Made by a program: the position numbers and the translations under genes
Shown: positions 9,434 to 21,477 of the stretch, in pieces
Numbering within the stretch: position 1 is the stretch's first letter
Layout of the letters: every line of letters starts with the position of its first letter
Origin: Dimorphilus gyrociliatus
Lineage: Eukaryota; Animalia; Annelida
Length of the DNA: 64,000 nt
NCBI GenBank assembly: GCA_904063045.1
Contig: CAJFCJ010000020.1
Span: 736,916-800,915, forward strand
Direction of reading: 5' to 3'
The notes under the pieces: generated by a model
Told to the model about the DNA's origin: nothing
What the model saw: only the letters and a program-made list of their open reading frames with translations
Databases searched by the model: none

Positions 9434-12400
9434 TTATGCTCTCTGTAAAGGTAGTCCGTATATTACCGGTGAAGCTCCTGTCAAATATTTTAGATTGCAA
9501 TTCTCTCTCGCTTCATTACATATAAAGGGCACAAACTCTCCTCTTTCAGCTAAACTGATAGACCTTATCTGTTCTTTCGTAAACAAATCGATATCCTTAT
9601 CCGTTACTTTCCACATATTGCCCATAATGCTCGAACTGGAATTAGAACAAATAAACAGTATGCATAAGGAAAATTTGATATTTACCAGCCACTGCTAAGA
9701 TAGTTCAAGACAGTTCGACCGCTGGCGTCGAACTCTCCTTCAGTGGTTAATTGAACGCTGCTGCAGCCCATTAAAATAGCCATTGATTTCGTTTTCAGGC
9801 GATATAGTTCCTCTTTAGAGAAACATTGACTGCCGGATCCATGTCCGGCATACAGAAAGATATCTTTGCATTCTAATTCCCTCTTTAATTCTTCCCAAAT
9901 TGGTAATTTACCACTTGCGCCATTCCAACCCAAACTTTTTAAAAAGGGTACTAAATTTTCTTGAGATTCTGTTAGAGTATCGTCTGGATCAACGATATAA
10001 TATGCATTATCGAATTGTACAGGTTCCTTATTCATCAAGTTGTAATGCTGAAGTACGCAGTTAATTGATGGCATTCGATAAACTTTGATTGAATCTCTAC
10101 AAAAAGGCATATTTTCGAAAGGAATATGCTGTAGTTGCTGCAGTTGTTTTCAATGATTAATTATTAGTTTGTTTATTATTATCATTTGCAGACATTACCC
10201 TATCTACTATCAAAATTAAAGGTTTATCAGACGAAACAGAAATATCCATTTCCAGAAGGGAATCTACAAATTTCCCATTATCTACGCATAAATCGTTGTA
10301 CTCGCAGTAAACATCAATTAACCAACTTAATTTGGTTCTCGTCAAATAACTAGAGCCGTTCATTAAAACCTAATAAGAATCAATAGTTAAATTAAAATTG
10401 AAAACATTTAATATGCACATGTTAGAATGAGATTAATTAATTAATTATTAACCATTATGAAAGGAACATGGTTTATCAGATGAAACTCTGTCGCTAGTTT
10501 TCGTGCATTTTCTTCCAATTGTTTATTACTGATTTCATTCAAAGGGAAAGGCTTTATGAATATTTTCACCGAACCAAATAAGAACTCCTCTAAACTTTCT
10601 AAAATAATCTGGGGGAGAGGTTGAGAGGAGGGGAAAGGAAAACAAAGAATTGAGTTTTATATAACATTTGTAAGTAACACTTTCGATTCTCTTTAAAAAC
10701 CTTTACTTCTTCGTCCAACTTCCGCCGAGTCTTCCAAAAAGAATCCTTATCAGTTAAAGTAGTAGAATAATCTATTTCTTTTATAAGGTATTTAAATCTC
10801 TCCAGTTTCTTTTGACACTATTCAATAAATTATTAAATAAATGAATGGATAGATCTGTGTAATTGTTCATAATTACCTCTTTCTGTTCGAATCCGCCTAT
10901 TGGTATGATAATTGGTCGACAACCATTGTGATAACGAGTTAAAAATAATCTCTTACTTGATTTAGTAGATGCTTGAGCGACGCTTAATTGACAAATACAG
11001 TAATCTGTAAACAATTTAGTTGGTTTCTTTGTTTACAAAGATTGATAAGAGAGGAGCGGGAGGAGAGAGAGAAAGAGAGAGAGAGAACTAACCTTTGGGA
11101 AGGTTTTGAATAAGGTCTTTGTGATCTTCAAGAGTCTTTCCGAATTTTGTAAACCTTAGGCTATTTAGATAATCTTCCGTTTGGAATCTGAAAGTTAAGC
11201 AGCTGTCAGTATCGCATTCCCCTCCACTTCCATTCGAATATGAAAGAATAACTTTACAATAACTAGTCGATTAATTCTTTAGTTAAATGTTTTTTAATCA
11301 CTTTCATCACTATACCACTATTATTCGTTGTACTTAAAACATTACATAACTGGATTATTTTTTCAATAATCCGATAGAAAAAAAAATAGATAAGCCAAGT
11401 ATGTTGAATAATAATAATAATCTCTTTCTTATTGGTAGGTAAAGTAATACTAACTTGAATTTCTTTGCCATTACGGAAGATAAGAAATGTCTATAAGAAA
11501 TACTATGGATCTCTGATAAAAAGAAGCTTTTTTCAAGATCATTTTCAGATAATAGGGCTAGCGCACTACAAACATATCGATACAGCACAATATTAGGTTC
11601 AATTTTAATTAAATTGAATAATTTAGTAAGAATATTCTTTGCCTTCTCCTGTTCTGAATATAGGATAGCTGAAAAAGCGAACGAAAAGTCAAAGAAAGTT
11701 ATCTTAATAGTTGGAAATGGCCTGAGGGCTACAGCCAGAAATTTTCTTATTTTGTACCGTTTTTAGAAGAATCTGTAACCGATATGGTAGTTTCAGGTGA
11801 CGTTTCCAGAACATCGTCTGTCAAATCTGATTCACTCCGGGCTTTTTCAGGGTCCTTATCGTGTTTCATTGGCTGACTCTTGTCCTATAAAAATAATTTA
11901 CATTAACACTTGCTTATTTTTATTTCTTTGATTTTGCTTAAGTAGTTTCGTTTTTTTTAATAAACAACCTCTTTAAAGTTTTGTAGACGGCGTCTCTTTC
12001 TTTCACTCTGTTTTTTCTTGTATCCCAAAATAGGACTAGGAAGAAAATCGTCATTATCTAAATCGACGTTAAAAGTCATTTCCTCCTTTATTTCTCTTTT
12101 CATATTACACGTAACCTTTTCGATTCTATCTAGATTTGTTGTTTTCGGTGTTCTAGGTCGTTTTGGTTGTGCATTGGTTCTCAATCTGTTAAGCGTTGGT
12201 GATAAAAGTCGTTTGAAGTTTTCTTCTTTTATTATATTTCTCTCCAGTGTCTCTATTCTCAGGGGTTTTAATTCCGGGAACACTGCAATTGCCTTATAAT
12301 ATAACGCTTCCCCTTCGTATTCATTACATAGCAGAAAGGTATATTTTTGAAGTTTGACTAGCTTCTCTGTTCTACGTATATAACTTTTAAAGCGTTTTGC

Positions 12401-14326
12401 ATTTCGAAAGAGCCAAGCTGTCTTTAAATGTAATAGGTTTAGTTTTATCAGACTTTCGTGATACATTAGCGTTGAAATTGACGAATGAAATTCAATATTG
12501 TCGTATTTATTAGCTTTGTCTAATACAGATTTCATAATTTCTACGCCTTTTGTAGTTGTCGAATGGAAGATCATAGCTAGAGGCTGTAAGTATGAAAGAA
12601 CTTCTCTTTTTTTCAACTTCTTAATTGAAAATTCTACTTTATTGTAGTAATAGTTTAATAAGACAGATTGGAGAAATACGTCGCAACATGGATTACAGCA
12701 GCATGAATCATGATTGAGGTAATCTGGTTTAAAAATCTTCGGTCGAGATATTACAGATATTTCTTCAATTTCTGACTGAGAACTATCCTCTTGATCATAT
12801 TCGTCTAGAGGTTGATTCCTTACGGCTAAATCGCTATTGGAACTGATATTTGCATTGTTATTTGGACTCTTCTCTGATTTAACGTTTGAAATAGAATCAG
12901 TTGTAAAAGTATATTCCAACTGACGCAAAGTTATCGTAGCTGATTTAAAGCGATGAGCAAAAAGTTCAAATTTCACTCTTAAATTCAAAAATTCGGCTAA
13001 CCTATTGGAGATTTAGACAATATAATCGGTAAAAAGAAATTATAATTTGATAGAACCATAAGGGTAAACAGAGAGATGTCGATAGAGAAACAGCTTCTGT
13101 TAAATAGGCTTCGGTGTATCGAATGTTACCAGTATTTATCATCCACTTTATATAATCTCTCAAACAAGCAAGGCTTAGTGAGAATATTCTATACTTTTCC
13201 TCTCTTTTAATTACTGGATACAATAGAATATGTTATGTATTCTTTCTTTATGAAGTAACATTTAACGAGTTGAGCATCAACTTACACATCCGATAAGAAG
13301 TTTTATCCTTTTTAAAGCATAGCTTAACCAATTGTAAGCACTTTGAAACGCTTTTATCCAAATAACAACTTTTTGTTTCAGTTCCTTCCCTCCTGAGTGT
13401 AACAATCTGCTTTGGTTAAGGAGAGTAGTATTTAGACGGGACATATGTGATTTAAATAACAAAAGAACCTTGGCGTTTAATAAATAAAGCCGAATTTGAA
13501 GTGGTAAAGTTACCAAGTTTTCCCAGAAACTATCCTTGTACCTTTGGCTTATATTTTTTATTATTTTATAAGCTGCTTCATTCTGAATAGTGATTATTAA
13601 TACTTATATAGTTTTGCAGGTGTAATCCTTTCCATAAATAAAACTGAAAGTACTTACGTTTCCCTTGTAAAATTCTAGATTAGCTTTTGTCAGGGAGAAT
13701 TTTATTTGGGTAACTTCTCTTATCGACTTTTTTGTCTCAATTAATTGTTCAGCTTCTCTTAGACATTCATCTGCTAATGTCAGAGTGTTTTGTTCGCAAA
13801 ATAAATCGACTATTCTCAATAATATTTCCAAATGACTATAGAACAGACGGTTATCTTTTCTCGTTCTAATCGCATTGAGAGCTATAAGTAGACCGTCTAA
13901 TTCTCTATAAGGCTGTATAAGAAAATAAGAATGTAAATGTTTTTTCTTCATAAACAAATTGGGATTGGAATTATTTTTTCCGTAGTAAAAAAGAAATGAT
14001 CATACTAATTTTAACAAGTTGAATATATCCCCTGACTCTATAATCTGGGATATTGTTTCTTTCTTTTCTCCTAACAGAGAAGGATTGATTTTTCGCCATA
14101 ATTCGATTATATCACCTAATCCAACAATTCTCTTATATTGAACACCTACTGTAACAACAGGATTTAATTTTCCCTCTTCACTATTCTGATTCTGTAAAAA
14201 ATACGAAAATTACATACGCATGTATATGTATGCAAACATAAATAAAAAGTATTATAATCAAACCGATAAAAATTCGACATCGTTAAGAAGAAATTGATTG
14301 AAACGTTTTAAGGATTCTTCTACCAT
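9434..14326 (-). CDS. ESPL1: Separase (peptidase C50), multi-exon; start codon tentative
   Basis: Catalytic motifs FLYAGHGSG and ILMGCSS (9682-10110) and C-terminal GNMWKVTDKDID...LKYLTGASPVIYGLP (9434-9625). Upstream helical exons (11957-13957) are colinear on the same strand. Tentative ATG at 14326 (MVEESLKRF). Confidence 0.9.
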
Positions 14327-17214
14327 TTTCTAATTAAAAATAACATCTGTAAAGGAGATGTAACCAAAAATAAAGACATTTATTTAAAATTGAAAGGCGC
14401 GTTTTTTCGTCAATATTAACGTTTGCAGGTCCGCATTAAATTTTTAAATAAAAACTAATTTTAAGACTTTTTTTATATTAAAATGAATAAAAAAGCTAAC
14501 AATTTAAATCTGCTATGTAAAGTGTCATGTTTGTCCCTTAAGTTCTTCTGAATAGCCAATGATATAAATAGATTATGTATAATACGGTATTGAAAATATA
14601 ATTTCTCCTACTGCACAGGTAAAAGAACCAACAGTGTAAAAAGGAATTAAATATCAAGAAGCTTTCAACCCCATCTATCGGTAATTATTTTTTTTTATCA
14701 ATACTTAATTTTGATTTACCAATCGACAAGAATATATATATTCAATTTCTTTTACTCTATACAAGCATCAACACCGTTATTATTGCTAATAGTGTTACCA
14801 TTAATAGAAATTATTATAGTTCGCCTCTTTCAATTATACACGCAATATGATAAGAAATTGTATATTATTATACTAAAGATCTTTTGTTTTTTTAAAGTAA
14901 AAGATGCTTAATTACTGAAACTACACCTTATTAATCTTGTGTTATATATCCTCAAAACTAAAGTAACTTTCTTAATAACAATAGAAAAAATGGCTCTATA
15001 AAAAAGATTTTAATCATATTTCTGTATAGTTTAGAATTGCGGAAGAAATATCATGGGAAAGTTTAATTTAACTTGATGTGAAAGTTATTTTTATTCTCTA
15101 TCTTCTCTATCTTAGTTGAAATAATGAAAAATAATATTCTTTTAAACGTTTCCTGTTTCTTAATTAAAATAAATGGCATGTTATATTTATTTAATATGTA
15201 GTCTTCTATCAATATATGATCATCGCTTGTAATTTATAAAAGCGATAGAATAAAAAGACTATAGGGTGCTAATGTATATTTAATAACCAAGGCAATCGTT
15301 TAGGAGATGTCACGAGCTATCTTAAGATTAATCACTTACCATCTTAAGGCTTTTCTCAATCAATTAATAAAGTTTAGAATATAAATTTTAAGTACCATAT
15401 GATAATAATAGACAACAGATCACGTAAAGAGAGTATATATCGCATATATAGTAATATGTTTATAGGAAAATATATACTGTATATATATACATTATATATA
15501 TATATATACATGTTTAAAGATAATATAATACTGTCGCAATATTGAATAAGAAACGAATGAATTAGTATAATTAACGCATTGGTAGATGCTTTGCTTTAAT
15601 CTTATAAAATTTTGATTACTCTCTAAGATGACACAGTAGATATTTCTGTAACCTAAAAGGACGCCTATATTAAACTTTAAAAAAAGGAACAGAAATGGTT
15701 TTTACATCAAAGAAACGTAATTTTTTGAAGACTTTAATTATCTCATTAATAGAGAGAAAAGTTATCAACACCTAAGATGAATATAAGTTTGTTACCAGAG
15801 ATTGTAATTATCATAAATATATCATATATTCCCCAAGTAAAATTCCCTCTATGATATCATTTATATTCTAAGATTTAATAATAATCTATTGTGAAATGTC
15901 ATGTATACGGTACGTGGAAAAAGGGAAAAAGAAAAGAATAGAACAGAAGGATTAACGTGTACAGTATTAAATAATTGAGAAAACTATATTTAGAGAATTC
16001 ATCACAAATCTATTCGATTAAATATTAATATTCTATTAGATTTGTTATTCTTTCTTTTATAGTATTTTAGACGACGTTCTTTTTGCTTAAAAAAAGCATA
16101 TTGTTATATTACAAAGAGGCAAAACTTTAAATTCTAATCTTTTTTTTAGTTATAAATAATATAGATAGTTATTTTAATAAATATAACGTATGTATATGTT
16201 TATTGATTGTGTTTAAAAGCTCTTTTAGTGCTTAATATTTCAAATATTTGTTGCCTTTTATGATAGTTAAGCTTTTGCTTCTATTTTTATTATAAAGTAT
16301 TCCAATGATAAAGACAGATGATTTTTTTTCTTCTATTCAAATAGGAGGATAAGCAGACGCAGTAGACGAAAGAAGAAGAGGGAATATAATAAGCCTAACA
16401 AAATGTCAAAATAGCAATTATATATTTAACATGTAATTATTATTATTCATTCATTCTAAATAAAAGAACACTAACAGAATACGTCTATACATATTCTAAC
16501 TTACAAATAATATTATATATTAATATTCGAATATGGTTCTTAGGTAATAGCAAAGTTATAGATGTTTTAATAAAGGATATTTAGTATATTTCTAAAATTA
16601 CCAATTATCTCCGTTATAATAAACTACTATGGAACGTATACTCCTCTTCCTTTTTTTTATATAATTCTCATTGAAATACCTCATGCTTTTGAAATATCTT
16701 CTGGTGGAATAATTATTTGAATGTCATGATTTTTTTTCTATTCTTGAAAACTGACAAATAACACGGCATATAGAAGGGAAGGGAATATAGAGAATGGAAG
16801 AGATAGAAAAGGTGGTAGACAGACAACCTCGTAGGTTGATATGTGAACATGCATACAAACAAAGAGAGAGAGAGAGAGAAGGAGAAAGAAACAAAGCTAT
16901 TTTAATTTTTTAAGGTATTCTTTTTACTCCCTTTTTATAGTATTATGTCTGGTCTATTAGAGATGCGAACGGTTAAAAAATGGCTTCTATATACATCTAA
17001 TAGACCACCTCCACAACCAATGTGTTATGCCTTTGGGGTCGATTCCATTTCCAGTGTGATTGATAAAATTCTCATCACATTCAACCTTGCTTTTTATAAT
17101 TGCTATTCGAAGAAATATGTTCAATTAGTTTATTCCTATTGCATATTTTTACTTTTCCCTCCATTGCCTAATAAAAGAATATTTATAGTAATACGAGATT
17201 GCCCATTTCATTTA

Positions 17215-17216
<2 letters not shown>

Positions 17217-17245
<29 letters not shown>
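17217..17245. repeat. (AT)n microsatellite
   Basis: Direct inspection. Confidence 0.9.
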
Positions 17246-18569
17246 CTGTATATATTTAATATAGATTTATTTATACCAATATACATTAAACGTGTTTAGC
17301 GATCTAACTAGATACATAAAAGACAACACGCTTCTGAGAGGCTAGATAAGAAATAGGAGTCGTTCAAAGTAAACTAAAGAGTGTTAATATGAAAAGAAAA
17401 TGTTTTCGTACAGACTTCACGTGGTATACGACTTATTTAATGAAAATATATCCACCTGGAAAGATTTTCAGTAATAGTTGTCTTTATTCCCCATTTCTTT
17501 TGTTTATCATTATACACTTAGTAATGATAACGCTTAAAAGGGGCGAGATGCTCATTGAGTTTCTTTAATGGGATGAGGGGTAATACGCCAACGTTCCTAA
17601 TGTACTTAGGAGTTGTAAACCGGAAAAATTTGGCGAGCTGGGGGTTTGTTGTTTAAAACGTGCGTTGGTGCCTCTAAGCGTTTTCCAGAGATGGCTTCAA
17701 CAAAGGCGAAAGATTAGGTTAGAAAATGAAATTTATGGTCCTTAAAACGTCCTTTAGGCAAAGTCTTTAAATATAACTTTTAGAACAAGAAATTCTACTT
17801 ACTGTTTTTCATTTACTGTAAGCAGACAGAACTACTTTTATATCACCTCACTACACGAATTACGACGCAAACAACCACACCATAGAGGTTGTTATTTTTT
17901 TCGAATATAGTGATAATCTATTCTTAGGGTGAATCCATTGAAAACATATATCTATTTAAAGCTTCCATCTAATGGATCTAATGTGCAACTTTTTTGTACC
18001 TAAGTGTTTAATACCAAACCGATTAAAATAACGCTAATCATTTTTCAGCTAGTTATCGTGCTCCATACCCTACTAGAAATCACATAATGCAGCTACATTC
18101 CTAGAAATACTGGTATCTATTTCCAAGAAAAGACCAGTGCAAACTTACAAAATTCGTATAAAAGGCTAGGAGAAAGAGAAACAGTAAAAGAAAAGAAAAA
18201 GGATGTTTTAAAGTTAATCAGATGAAAAATATAGATTGATTAAATATTTGAGAAAGATTGGTATCGAATTTTTTAAGTAACGGATACCAAGTACTTAGCA
18301 GGGGCAATTTTACGTATCAGATAATCTTTCCTGTCAATTGTAAGCCAGTTATTATAAGCAATATGTGACGGGTGAGGAATGATGGTATTGACTTGTTTAC
18401 GAAGTAAAAAATAAACTTTTGTAACATGTTCTATTAATACTTATCATTAAACTATGAAAGAAACTACAAAAGAAAAAAAACTGGGTTAACTAATTATTTT
18501 CTCGTTGTTTTTTTTTTTTTTAAATATTCATGTATGAATTTTTTTTCCCTCTCCCCCCTCCCCTCCCCT

Positions 18570-18572
<3 letters not shown>

Positions 18573-18601
<29 letters not shown>
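18573..18601. repeat. (CT)n microsatellite preceded by (CCCCT)n
   Basis: Direct inspection. Confidence 0.9.
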
Positions 18602-18604
<3 letters not shown>

Positions 18605-18897
18605 TGAAGGATGAAGATGTTGCACTGACGTGCAGTTGTATATTTATATATAAATCTAATTTCCTCTAATAGCATCTCAATTGGAATTTCAAGATTTTAT
18701 TTTTTTTCAGATCGATTATGATTTCACAACGGACAATTAATTACTTTTTTCTTCTGTTTTTTAGATAAAATGTTCATTTTTTCTTGTTTTTTCGTTCCAA
18801 TGAAATAGTAATAGTAATAATAATAGTAGTAGTAGTATTAGTATTTAGAAGTAGTAGTCTTTTTCGATTTAATATCTTCTCTTTTAAATATTCTTAT

Positions 18898-20393
18898 CTA
18901 CTTAGGTATGTGTACATCTTCTAAGGATCCGGCAGTTTTCGGCAGAATCTATACAAAGGAATAGATATGTAATTATTTAGTTATTAATTATAGATGATTA
19001 ACAAAGAGAATAACATACGTGGCATTGGCATGTCGTATTTACTCGAATGTAATTCAACGAAATTGATCCTCCGTGAAGTGGTTCAATGAATGCCTGAACA
19101 AAAGATGTTTGCTGTTTACAGGACGATAAGAATCTGTACAGATAAAGGATAAATTATATGTATTTATGTATATATTCAAATATGTTTATAGGGAATGTTT
19201 ATCTGTTTGTTTATTGTGTTTGTTTGCTTTTTTTTAAGCTTTTCTTACTTTTTATGATTTATTCCGTAACAGCAGTCGGGACATTCTCTTTGCAGTTCTC
19301 GATGAGTGATTGAATGCCAATTTGAATCGGTATTATTACACTCTTCCACGTAAAAATACTGTTCATATTTGGCTCTAGGAAAAGGAATAGTTTTTGTAAC
19401 TTTTACTCTCTCTTCGTTCAATGTTTCAGCTGTATCCAATTGAACCCATTTAAAGTTACTAGGGCAAGCCGCCATTTCAGTTAGTGGTACTCTATTTATT
19501 CTTTTCTCTATTTTCTAAAGAAAAAGAATATATAGTAGAACAAAAATCAAGCACCGCATTTCTAAAGAGAATCTTTATATAATAAGAAAAATCAACTTAC
19601 TCTTCATTACTTTAATGAGTTTCTCCCTCTTTTAAGTAAAGTAAGTCTGCTTACCTTTAAATAGCTATGTTTGCTGTTGTGTTGAGGTACGATTACGGAT
19701 CTGGTTCTATGATTGATATTTTCCTTATCCTGGAGGAGAAGCGACGACATAATCGAAGTGAGTAGACTGAGTCTTGTATTTCTCTCCTTTGCTATGATTT
19801 CATCTGAAAGGAAACGTTTCTCTATTATAAAGGTTTCTTTTAATATAAGCTATTCAATTGCTGCCTACCACGTTTGACGTGATCCGAATGATTCGACGTC
19901 AAATCCACATTATAATCACTCTGGACTGAAAAGTACAATATATTAAAGATATTTTAAAAAACCTTGCTATATTGTTCCCTAAAAATAGTTTATAAGGGCG
20001 CGGTAAACTATAATAGATCTTAATTAATTGGTTTTCCAAAAATAGTGTAAAAGGTCATTTCATCTCCCAATCTTGGGTTGAGAATTAAAACACTCCTTTA
20101 TATTAGTCAGACTGCCTTTTTTTTTTACCTATTCTTTTATTGTAAGTGATAAATCCTTAAAGGTCAAAAACTTTTCAAATTACAAAAGTTTATAATAACT
20201 AGTTTGCCAAAAAACAATTGACTTTGTCAATCAAAATTGAACTTAATCAAATGAGAAAAACACTATTATTACTAGAATTCAATCTATGTAAATAAATTAT
20301 ACATTCTATTGTTTATAGCAGAAGTATAATTGAAAAGAAGGATGGGCACTAGAAAGAAGAGATAGAAAAGTAATGAGAAGACAGAGAGAGGTA

Positions 20394-20428
<35 letters not shown>

Positions 20429-20842
20429 GTTTGAGGAAGGGAGGGAAAAAGAGAGACAGGGTAAGAGAGAGAGAAAGAAGAAAGAAATGAAACAGAAATG
20501 ATTGAAACATATTGAAATTAGACAAGACATTTCAAAATGGTGTTCTTTTCCTTCATTTATAATCAATTAATTTCTTTTTAAAAAAAAAAGACATAATAAA
20601 ATTTTTCTTGTTTTATTTTTTAGAAAAGTAACAAAACCATCAATAAAAATCCTTGGATATATATGTTTATATATATATATGTATATATATATTCATTATA
20701 TACGCTAAATATCCCTTTATTAAAGCCATAGAAATACCAGATACTTACTGCCTTGGAACTGGAAGGCAAGCGTCGACGTAAAATGTAGTGTCGTAAACGC
20801 TGCCAAAATAATTTTATTGGTATTTTCCGGTTTCTGTATCAT
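18898..20842 (-). CDS. Neurotrophin (NGF/BDNF/NT-3 family cystine knot) prepropeptide, 6 exons, 243 aa
   Basis: Exons 20842-20749, 19925-19869, 19803-19655, 19514-19249, 19133-19019 and 18948-18898 are all GT-AG and phase-compatible. Signal-peptide-like KIILAAFTTLHFTSTLA, basic sites VKR, RTR and EKR, mature domain ACPSNFKWV...QYFYVEEC...CYGINHKKFLSSCKQQTSFVQA...YIRVNTTCQC matching NT motifs (C-x5-W-V, QYFYETxC, CRGID, CxxxQTYVRAL, IRIxTxCVC). Confidence 0.88.
20397..20425. repeat. (AT)n microsatellite in neurotrophin intron 1
   Basis: Direct inspection. Confidence 0.9.
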
Positions 20843-21477
20843 TACACAATCTTTTTAGTATAATTTTAAATATTTTCTCTTTTTTTTTTCTTTTAAAATT
20901 TTCTTTGAAGTTGCCGATTCGTAGACGCAAAACCAAATGAAAAAGGCGAATATTGTCTTCCGTTTGTTTTGCGCCGTCTGGCGATAATATCTTTTTTTTT
21001 TAGTTTATACAAGATTTTCCCATCTTTTACCTTAATTTTACCTTTATTTTTGATTTTAGATAGAAATAAGTTGTTTTTAGACAATTTTTTATGCATATTA
21101 ACTAATATTTTTTCACTCTTATCGAATCTCTCCTTTGGTTAGCCGTCTATCCTCATTTAATATAGTACATAAAAGAAATGTCACGTGATCGTCTACCAAA
21201 AATAGTTATCTAAGGTGCAAATTCAGCGATGGTGATAAATAAGGTCATAGACCAGATTAAATGATAACGTCAAAGGAATATATTTGGTTAAAAGTCACGA
21301 TATATATACATTTATCCATCGTTTGGATGTATGAAGAATTAAAAAGTGCTGGGAATATAGATAAGAGACAGTATAAAAAGATTGTATATTAATAGTAATA
21401 ATAGTAATAATAATTTTTTGAATAATAATAAAAACAACTTCATAAAAACGTTACATAAGGATAAAATTAATAAATCC

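Noticed and set aside
10885-10894. GTTCGAATCC, a tRNA T-loop/B-box match
   Set aside because: Lies in a separase coding exon (GGFEQ on the minus strand); no cloverleaf or A-box around it.
16945-17217. 90-aa plus-strand ORF, and a minus-strand GIDPK string reminiscent of a second neurotrophin
   Set aside because: No cysteine-knot pattern, signal peptide or consistent exon chain; retained only as part of the gene-free-interval finding.
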